Shown here piece by piece: positions 1-8,214 of a stretch of DNA of 12,768 nt; positions within the stretch are counted from its first letter, which is position 1; each line of letters opens with the position of its first letter. Position numbers and translations under genes: made by a program. The stretch covers positions 249,685 through 262,452 of the forward strand of contig JAWQFM010000018.1 of assembly GCA_033442325.1 (NCBI GenBank), given 5' to 3'. The DNA is from Salpingoeca rosetta. Its lineage: Eukaryota > Protista > Choanoflagellata. Under the pieces are notes generated by a model. It was given only the letters and a program-made list of their open reading frames with translations, had not been told where the DNA came from and made no database searches.

Positions 1-14
1 ACCGTTTCAATATG

Positions 15-927
15 TGTGTGGTGGTTGGGAGCGGAATGTTTTTTCCTTCCAACCATTCCATACAGGTGTGGGCGGGCTGAGCGGCATGCTTCTCTCCTTC
101 CCTTAAACTAACCATTACGTGGTTGTTTTGTTTGGGCCGCATGGTTTTCCTTTGCCCTACACATTCCCATCCCGGGTGGCCGTTGTGGGCCGCATGGCCC
201 TGTGCTTTGCCTCAACGTGTCCATGTCGGTGTGGTCGTTGTGGGCCGCATGGTGCTCTGCTTTGCCTCAACGTGTCCACATGTGCTTGGTCGTTGTGGGC
301 CGCATTCTGCTCTGCCTCAACGTGTCCACATCGGGTGGGCGTTGTGGGCCGCATGGTGTTCTGCGTCAACGTGTCCATACCGGGTGGGCGTTGTGGGCCG
401 CATGGTGTTCTGCGTCAACGTGTCCATACCGGGTGGGCGTTGTGGGCCGCATGGTGCTCTGCCCCAACGTGTCCATACCGGTGTGGGCGTTGTGGGCCGC
501 ATGGTGCTCTGCCCCAACGTGTCCACATCGGTGTGGACGTTGTGGGCCGCATGGAGCTCTGCCTCAACGTATCTATATGGGCGTGGTCGTTGTGGGCCGC
601 ATGGTGCTCTGCGTCAACGTGTCCTTACCGGTGTGGTCGGTGTGGGCCGCATCGCCTGTGCTTTGCCTCAACATGTCCATATGGACGTAGTCGTTTTGGG
701 CCGCATGGGCTGTGCTCTGCCTCAAAGTGTCCATACCGGGGTGGCCGGTGTGGGCCGCTGGTGATCTGCTCTGCCCCAACGTGTCTAAATCGGGTGGCTT
801 TGTGGCCGCATGTTGCTCTCCTCACTTGTCTATATGGGCGGGGCGTTGTTGGCCGAATGTGTTGTGTATTGTCTTACGTGTCATACCAAGGGGCGATGTG
901 GACCGCATGGGGTTCAAGCCTAGCCTT
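15..927 (+). repeat. Left block of the ~50-bp minisatellite; clean at ~180-640, degenerate towards both ends
   Basis: Core GTTGTGGGCCGCATGG at 182, 237, 341, 390, 439, 489, 539 and 589, with a GCATTC variant at 292 (spacing 49-55 bp). Recognisable but decayed copies at ~15-180 and ~640-927. Confidence 0.9.
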
Positions 928-1027
928 NNNNNNNNNNNNNNNNNNNNNNNNNNNNNNNNNNNNNNNNNNNNNNNNNNNNNNNNNNNNNNNNNNNNNNNNN
1001 NNNNNNNNNNNNNNNNNNNNNNNNNNN
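928..1027. other. Assembly gap (100 N, unknown true size) inside the satellite
   Basis: Run of exactly 100 N, flanked by repeat-derived sequence on both sides. Confidence 0.99.
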
Positions 1028-3735
1028 GCTTTGCCCCAACGTGTCCATACCGGTGTGGTCGTTGTGGGCCGCATGGTGCTCTGCCCCAACGTGTCCATAC
1101 TGGTGTGGCCGTTGTGGGCCGCATGGTGCTCTGCCTCAACGTGTCCACGTCGGTGTGGTTATGGGTGTGGGCCGCATGGAGCTGTGCTCTGCCTCAACGT
1201 GTCCATGTCGGTGTGGTCGTTGTGGGCCGCATGGTGCTCTGCTCTGCCTCAACGTGTCAATATGGGCGTGGTCGTTGTGGGCCGCATGGTGCTGTGCTCT
1301 GCCTCAACGTGTCCACATCGGTGTGGTCGTTGTGGGCCGCATGGAGCTCTGCCTCAACGTGTCCGTACCGGTGTGGTCGTTGTGGGCCGCATGGTGCTGT
1401 GCTCTGCCTCAACGTGTCCACATCGGTGTGGTCGTTGTGGGCCGCATGGTGCTGTGCTTTGCCTCAACGTGTCCATGTCGGTGTGGTCGTTGTGGGCCGC
1501 ATGGTGCTCTGCTTTGCCTCAACGTGTCCACATGTGCTTGGTCGTTGTGGGCCGCATTCTGCTCTGCCTCAACGTGTCCACATCGGGTGGGCGTTGTGGG
1601 CCGCATGGTGTTCTGCGTCAACGTGTCCATACCGGGTGGGCGTTGTGGGCCGCATGGTGCTCTGCCCCAACGTGTCCATACCGGTGTGGGCGTTGTGGGC
1701 CGCATGGTGCTCTGCCCCAACGTGTCCACATCGGTGTGGACGTTGTGGGCCGCATGGTGCTCTGCCTCAACGTGTCTATATGGGCGTGGTCGTTGTGGGC
1801 CGCATGGAGCTGTGCTCTGCCTCAACGTGTCCATGTCGGTGTGGTCGTTGTGGGCCGCATGGAGCTGTGCTCTGCCTCAACGTGTCAATATGTGCTTGGT
1901 CGTTGTGGGCCGCATGGTGCCGTGCTTTGCCTCAACGTGTCCATATGTGCTTGGTCGTTGTGGGCCGCATGGTGCTCTGCCCCAACGTGTCCATATGGGC
2001 GTGGGCGTTGTGGGCCGCATGGTGCTCTGCCTCAACGTGTCCATACCGGTGTGGACCTTGTGAGCCGCATGGTGTTCTGCTCTGCCCTAACGTGTCCATA
2101 CTGGTGTGGTCGTTGTGGGCCGCATGGAGCTCTGCCTCAACGTGTCCATGTCGGTGTAATCGTTGTGGGCCGCATGATGCTGTGCTCTGCCTCAACGTGT
2201 CCATACCGGGTGGGCGTTGTGGGCCGCATGGTGCTCTGCGTCAACGTGTCCACATCGGTGTGGTCGTTGTGGGCCGCATGGTGTTCTGCTTTGCCTCAAC
2301 GTGTCCACATCGGTGTGGCCGTTGTGGGCCGCATGGTGCTCTGCCTCAACGTGTCCATATGGGCGTGGTCGTTGTGGGCCGCATGGTGCTGTGCTCTGCC
2401 TCAACGTGTCCACATCGGTGTGGTCGTTGTGGGCCGCATGGAGCTCTGCCTCAACGTGTCCGTACCGGTGTGGTCGTTGTGGGCCGCATGGAGCTGTGCT
2501 CTGCCTCAACGTGTCCATGTCGGTGTGGTCGTTGTGGGCCGCATGGAGCTGTGCTTTGCCTCAACGTGTCCATGTGTGCTTGGTCGTTGCGGGCCGCATG
2601 GTGTTCTGCTCTGCCCCAACGTGTCTATACTGGTGTGGTCGTTGTGGGCCGCATGGTGCTCTGCCTCAACGTGTCCACATCGGTGTGGTCGTTGTGGGCC
2701 GCATGGTGCTGTGCTCTGCCTCAACGTGTCCATGTCGGTGTGGTCGTTGTGGGCCGCATGGAGCTGTGCTTTGCCTCAACGTGTCCATATGTGCTTGGTC
2801 GTTGTGGGCCGCATGGTGCTCTGCCCCAACGTGTCCATACTGGTGTGGCCGTTGTGGGCCGCATGGTGCTCTGCCTCAACGTGTCCATATGTGCTTGGTC
2901 GTTGTGGGCCGCATGGTGCTGTGCTTTGCCTCAACGTGTCCATATGTGCTTGGTCGTTTTGGGCCGCATTCTGCTCTGCCTCAACGTGTCCACATCGGTA
3001 TGGTCGTTGTGGGCCGCATGGTGCTGTGCTCTGCCTCAACGTGTCCATACTGGTGTGGTCGTTGTGGGCCGCATGGTGCTCTGCTCTGCCTCAACGTGTC
3101 AATATGTGCTTGGTCGTTGTGGGCCGCATGGTGCTCTGCCTCAACGTGTCCATACCGGTGTGGTCGTTGTGGGCCGCATGGAGCTGTGCTTTGCCTCAAC
3201 GTGTCAATATGTGCTTGGTCGTTGTGGGCCGCATGGTGCTCTGCCTCAACGTGTCCATACCGGCGTGGTCGTTGTGGGCCGCATGGTGCCGTGCTTTGCC
3301 TCAACGTGTCCATATGTGCTTGGTCGTTGTGGGCCGCATGGAGCTCTGCCTCAACGTGTCCATACCGGGTGGTCGTTGTGGGCCGCATGGAGCTCTGCCT
3401 CAACGTGTCCATATGGGCGTGGTCGTTGTGGGCCGCATGGTGCTGTGCTTTGCCTCAACGTGTCCATGTGGGCGTGGTCGTTGTGGGCCGCATGGAGCTG
3501 TGCTTTGCCTCAACGTGTCCATATGTGCTTGGTCGTTGTGGGCCGCATGGTGTTCTGCTCTGCCCCAACGTGTCCATACTGGTGTGGTCGTTGTGGGCCG
3601 CATGGTGCTCTGCCTCAACGTGTCCATGTCGGTGTGGTCGTTGTGGGCCGCATGGTGCTCTGCTCTGCCCCAACGTGTCCATGTCGGTGTAATCGTTGTG
3701 GGCCGCATGGTGCTGTGCTCTGCCTCAACGTGTGC
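1028..3735 (+). repeat. Minisatellite/satellite array of ~51 units of 49-55 bp; consensus GGTCGTTGTGGGCCGCATGGWGCT[STGCT]YTGCCYCAACGTGTCCA + ~9 variable nt
   Basis: Core counted by eye at 1061, 1111 ... 3640, 3695. Periods are 50 (basic), 55 (extra GTGCT/CTGCT) and 49/54 (1-nt deletion). The variable segment recurs as a few types (TACCGGTGT, CATCGGTGT, TGTCGGTGT, TACTGGTGT, TATGTGCTT, TATGGGCGT). The array ends sharply at ~3735, with a CCGCATGG remnant at 3757-3764. Confidence 0.97.
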
Positions 3736-3863
3736 CTATATAGTGAGGTGTCAACACCGCATGGTTGTCAGGGAAGAAGAATCCCGGGTACTGGCTTGGG
3801 TACTAGCACTAGGCCAGTGCAGGTCACGACAGCATATGTAGCTCAGGTCTTGCGCAGCTCTAA

Positions 3864-3953
3864 CTCCGCAGTGGCACTCCGCAGTGTTGCTGCTCCAAAG
3901 TGGTGCTCCGAAGTGGTGATACATCGAGATCGGGCGCCCAAGAACACTGCGAG
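3864..3953 (+). promoter_or_regulatory. Cluster of CTCCRMAGTG direct repeats upstream of the COG0523 gene (candidate cis-element)
   Basis: CTCCGCAGTG 3864-3873, CTCCGCAGTG 3877-3886, CTCCAAAGTG 3893-3902, CTCCGAAGTG 3906-3915, plus an inverted partial copy AACACTGCG 3943-3951 (reverse complement of 3880-3888). The repeats are seen directly; a regulatory role is inferred from position only. Confidence 0.35.
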
Positions 3954-4116
3954 ACTGCCAGACACACGTACTGTGCAGACATGCAGATGGACTTGGGACG
4001 GAGGGACGGGGATCGCTAGCTCATTTATTCTTGTACTGAATGTCGAAACCAAAACCCTGGACAAGCCCGCATAACGTGCGTATTGCGCCTCAACACATTG
4101 CAGTTTGTGCCTCAAA

Positions 4117-7100
4117 ATGAAAGTCACGGTGCTGAGCGGGTTCCTTGGAGCGGGGAAGACGACGCTCCTGCGTCATCTCCTCAGCCAGAAGAGCACCATG
4201 AAGGACGCGCGCATGTAAGTCCAAGTGCTCTCACACAGCAGCACGTATGATGAGACATGGAGACATGTGCCTGCTGCAAAGTCTTGCTGTGCGCGGTTTG
4301 GTGGTCTCGTTCCTGTCTGTGTACAGGTGTACTCTCCGTGATTTTCTGCTGTTGCAGGTGCGGTTGTCTGGTTGTGCAGCCCTGCTACACTTGTGCTTGG
4401 CTGCTTTCCCATCACAAGATCACACAACCACAGCTCAACTCACCCTCCTCTTCCTTCACCCCTTGCACACTTGCACACGCCAGGGCGGTGATTGTGAATG
4501 ACATGGCAAGCATGAACGTGGATGCGGAGCTTGTGAAGAATGGCGTCGTGACGGAGCTGAAGGAGGATCAGCCAGAGCTGGTGCAGCTGCAGAACGGCTG
4601 CATCTGCTGCACCTTGCGTGTGGACCTGCTGCGTGCACTGGCCAAGCTGGCGCGCTCGAAGCACTACGACTACTGCATCATTGAAAGCACCGGCATCTCC
4701 GAGCCCATCCAGGTAACCCATAGCGGAGCTTGTGTGCATGTGTGCGCGTGCGTGTAAGTGTGCATGCGTGTGTATGTGTACTGTGTGCGTGCTGTCGCTG
4801 CTGTCGCTGCTGTATTTGGTGTGAAAGCTGCTGCGTTGCTTAGTGGCTGTGGGTTGTCACCTTGTTGCCTGCTTGTGTGCCCGCTCTTCACTCATGCGCA
4901 ACCTTACACACACACACACACACGCGGGCACTGCAGGTGGCGGAAACGTTCATGTTGATGGCCAGCGCTGCAAGCGATGATCCGGAGGCAAAGGAGATGG
5001 TGCAGGAGGCAGGGCTTGAGGAGCTCACGGATCTCATCTTGGCGGAGAAGCCAGAGGACAGGCTGGCACACATTGCGCAGCTGGACGCGTGCGTCACTGT
5101 CATTGACGCCTTCAACTTCCTCCAGACCTTTGAAGATGACAGGTCTGTGTGTGCGTGTGGTGTGTGTGTGTGTGTGCGTGTGTGTGGTGTGTGTGTGTGC
5201 ACATGCGTGGTGCGTGTGTGTGTGTGCGTGTACATGCAACGTTTGTTTCATATGCTTCAGATGCAAGAGACATATCCAAGCATCCAACTGTCCACGTGTC
5301 GCTGCACAATCAATGCTGCCTTCCATCAGCTCACCACCACGCACTGCTGATGCAATTGCTGTGGTCCCACTGACACTGCACGCACATACATACAGGGTTG
5401 TGGGCGACGTTGAGGAGGGCGAAGGGTTTGAGGACGATATGCGCACGCTGACAGACCTGATGGTGGATCAAGTTGAGTTTGCAGACATCATCCTGCTGAA
5501 CAAGACGGACCTTGTGGATGGGGCGACGCTGAAGCGCATCAGGGGTGTCATCACGCAGCTCAATCCCGGCGCAAAGCTTGTCACCACGCAGCACTCGCGC
5601 GTTGACCCGTCCCTCGTCCTCAACACGGGCCGATTTGACTTTGCACAGGCCATGACCCACGCAGGTTGTCTTGTGTGTGATCTGTGTGATCTGTGGGTGT
5701 GTATGTATGGCTTGTGCTTGTTTGTGTGTGTGTGTGCTTGTTTGTGTGTGTGTGTGTGTGTGTGTGTGGCAAATGTTTGTGGGATGCGTGCTTGTGCATA
5801 TCAGACTCACCACCGCCACCACAACACCACCGCTACTTCTACCGTCATGTCATTATCATGGCACCACCACCAACAACACCACCACCACCATGGCCCTTGC
5901 ATGCACACATCGTCGTCGTCATCACCACCAACAACAACAGGGTGGCTGAAGAGCCTGCAAGGGGAGGTGGTGCCCGAGACGGAAGAGTATGGCGTGTCAA
6001 GCTTTGTGTACCGTCGACAGCGGCCGTTCCACCCACAGCGGTACGTACGATGCATGTGGATGTGGATGTGGATGTGTCGATGATGGGTGTGTGTGGATGT
6101 GGATGTGGATGTGGATGTGGATGTGTGATGTGTGTGTGTGGATGTGTGATGTGTGTGTGTGTGTGGATGTTTGTGTGTGTGTGTGTTTGACTGCGTGCGC
6201 TCGTAGCACGCCTGCGGACGAGAGCCATGCCTTCACACACACACACCAGCCTCGCTCATCTCATATTACCGTATCTCCATGTCTTGCTCTGCATCACTGT
6301 GACTGTGTACGCACAGGTTGCACGACTTGCTTGCGTCTGCGTTCATTCTTGAGGGCGAAGCAGCAGAAGCAGATGAAGAAGGCATGGAAGCAGGCCAGGG
6401 CGACGAGGGTGAGCGTGCGGATGCTGATGCCAAGAACGCCGACACCAAGGACAACAAAGACGACAGCGATGCGAGCGATGAGAGCGATGAGAGCGACAAG
6501 GGTGTTCAGGATGCGCGTGTGCGTGCACAAGCACGGAAGCAAGAGAGCGTGTTTGCTGGGACGTTGCGGTCCAAGGGGTTCTTCTGGCTCTCCACGCGAC
6601 AGCACCTGATGGGAGAATGGTCCCAAGCTGGGCTCATGCTTTCACTTGAATGCACAGGTTAGGCCTCTACTTTGCTTGCACTTGCGTTTCTCTGCCGTGC
6701 ACACGTGGCGTTTCTTATGGGGGACGAGACAGATTTCATGGTTCTTCCACGTCCTTGTGAGCTATTATACACCCAGTTTCCCAGACACACCAACGCTTAG
6801 TCACCCATTCGCACTCACACACACTCTCTTTCTCTCTCTGTCTCTGTGTCTCTCCCTTATTGCAATGGCAGGGCCGTGGTTGCGGGACATGGAGCCTGAC
6901 ATGGTTGAGCTCTTTGATGATGAGAAGGTGAAGCAGGACCTGGGCGAGAACAACGACGACCGGCGGCAGGAGCTGGTGTTTATTGGGGCGCCACTGAACC
7001 AGGCACAGCTTGAGCAAGCACTGGACGCGTGCCTTGCCACCGACGAGGAATGGCAGGAGGCCGAGCAGCAGGAGGAGCACGAGCCACTTGACTGGCTGCA

Positions 7101-7203
7101 GGAGGAATATGACGACGATGAGGACATGGAAGAGGACGAGGACGAGGATGAGGAAAAGCCAGATGGCATGGATGAGGATGAGGACGAGAACGACCAGGCC
7201 TAG
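4117..7203 (+). CDS. COG0523/CobW-family (G3E P-loop GTPase + CobW_C) putative zinc metallochaperone, 524 aa, 7 exons: 4117-4214, 4484-4712, 4937-5142, 5396-5664, 5941-6040, 6317-6657, 6872-7203
   Basis: Manual splicing at GT-AG sites keeps frame throughout (1575 nt, TAG at 7201-7203; in-frame TAA upstream at 4072-4074). Family motifs occur in order: Walker [24 protein letters not shown], metal motif NGCICCTLR (CxCC), Walker [36 protein letters not shown] (NKxD), then CobW_C motifs [33 protein letters not shown] and [10 protein letters not shown]. Confidence 0.95.
5146..5230 (+). repeat. Imperfect (GT)n microsatellite at the 5' end of intron 3; similar tracts at ~4740-4790, 5720-5768 and 6125-6186
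   Basis: Direct reading of GT/GC dinucleotide runs immediately after the donor at 5143. Confidence 0.9.
6054..6124 (+). repeat. Interrupted (ATGTGG)n hexamer microsatellite in intron 5
   Basis: ATGTGG x3 at 6054-6071 and a further run at ~6091-6124. Confidence 0.85.
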
Positions 7204-7559
7204 AGGAAGAAGGGCGTGCTTCAGAACGAAGTGTGCCAAAAGAAAACTGTTCCTCTTGTCTTCAAGGTAACTGCTAGAACTCTCCTTCACACGTTTCCTG
7301 CTTCTTCCCGCTCTTCTTGCTTGCTTGCATGCTTGTTTTGTTTTGTTTTGTTTTGTTTTTCTCTTCTTAGGCTATGTTCCCACTGCCATCTCTCTTCCCT
7401 GTGCCGCCATCGCTGTGCTGTCTGATACGCGGTTCTGCAGTTGGTGCTGCGTTGTGCTGTGGTTCTCGTCTTCTCGTGCTTGAGCGCTGTACGCTGTTGT
7501 CGGTTTTTGGGGGTGTAGCGCCAAGCTCCAAGCTGGACTCGCTGAAGTCCTGTCAACAC

Positions 7560-7565
7560 AATAAA
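7560..7565 (+). terminator. Candidate polyadenylation signal of the COG0523 gene
   Basis: AATAAA ~357 nt after the stop codon, following a T-rich putative 3' UTR with (TTTTG)n at ~7335-7359 and preceding an AT-rich patch. Confidence 0.4.
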
Positions 7566-7839
7566 GAATTGTGACGAAAAACACATGAAATTTTCAACAA
7601 CATTTCGAAGCTTACGTAAATGCGTTGGTTGATTTTGTGGGCTTTTTGTGGTTGTTTTGTGCACGGCGCTCCCACAGCACACCCGCCTCCTTCGCACACA
7701 CCTCTTCCCTTACGCACTGCCGCGGGTTGCTTGCGTTGTCTTTCTCGCTTCCCACCTTTGCTGCCTGGCTTTGTCTGGCTGCTTCGCTTCGCATCCCAGC
7801 ATCCAAGCTGTCCTTCTTATTTCTTTTTTGCTGAAAGGG

Positions 7840-8152
7840 GTAAGCTGGAGAGAGGGCGGAGGAAGGAAGGGAGAGCTGGGAGGGGCGGGGAGTGGCGTCT
7901 GCTCGATGCACCGCATGTTTGCTGGCTGGGTGCTGTGTGTGTTTGTGTGTGTGGGGAAGCCAAAACAAGTCCTTTGACACACACGCACCACCCAACCAAT
8001 TCTCCTGTTGTTTTGTTGACTCACTGTCACCTCACGCGTCTGCACATCAACATCACACACACACGGACATACAGTCACATAAGCCAACACACACACACAC
8101 ATCACACACACACACACATACATACACATAACATATCACACAACCACCCATA

Positions 8153-8189
<37 letters not shown>

Positions 8190-8199
8190 CCACCCATAG
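7840..8199 (+). other. Probable 5'-UTR intron of the downstream gene
   Basis: Strong donor GG|GTAAGC at 7840, a (GT)n tract at ~7934-7952, a long (CA)n tract at ~8055-8206, and acceptors CATAG ending at 8153 and 8199 (AAG at 8208/8214 also possible). This is the same layout as the coding introns in the window. Confidence 0.55.
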
Positions 8200-8206
8200 A
8201 CACACA
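8055..8206 (+). repeat. (CA)n-rich microsatellite tract
   Basis: Direct reading; the longest pure run is at ~8154-8188. Confidence 0.9.
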
Positions 8207-8214
8207 AGTACAAG

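Noticed and set aside
1-927. Progressive biological decay of the array at 1-180 and 640-927
   Set aside because: Divergence increases towards the window start and the N gap, as expected for low-quality read ends. It cannot be separated from sequencing error.
180-3735. CRISPR or CRISPR-like repeat-spacer array
   Set aside because: The variable segments are only ~9 nt and recur as a few related types rather than unique spacers. There is no cas or other nuclease gene in the window, and the context is spliceosomal eukaryotic DNA.
119-4074. Giant Cys/Gly/His-rich ORFs (1240 aa, 1120 aa, etc.) as a metallothionein-like or repeat protein next to a zinc chaperone
   Set aside because: The unit simply lacks stop triplets on the + strand, so all three frames stay open. 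Unit lengths of 49/50/55 are not multiples of 3, so each ORF cycles through all frames. The two longest ORFs also span an N gap. Ribo-seq or proteomics would be needed to revive the idea.
3740-4116. Canonical MTF-1 MRE or Zap1 ZRE upstream of the COG0523 gene
   Set aside because: No TGCRCNC or ACCTTNAAGGT match found by eye.
4040-4120. Upstream ATG ([12 protein letters not shown]...) as the true start of the COG0523 gene
   Set aside because: It is out of frame and stops at 4118-4120. The only obvious GT-AG pair (4076-4103) is 28 nt and would not restore the frame. At most it is an overlapping uORF.
5801-5940. Alternative acceptor at 5804 adding only the His-rich segment
   Set aside because: Joining the phase-1 donor at 5665 to 5805 shifts the frame away from the His-rich/CobW_C frame.
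7620-7839. Signal-peptide-like upstream coding exon (MRWLILWAFCGCFVHGAP...) for the second gene
   Set aside because: It ends in phase 1 at donor 7840, whereas the available acceptors (8153, 8199, 8208, 8214) need phase 2 or 0. The composition is not coding-like.
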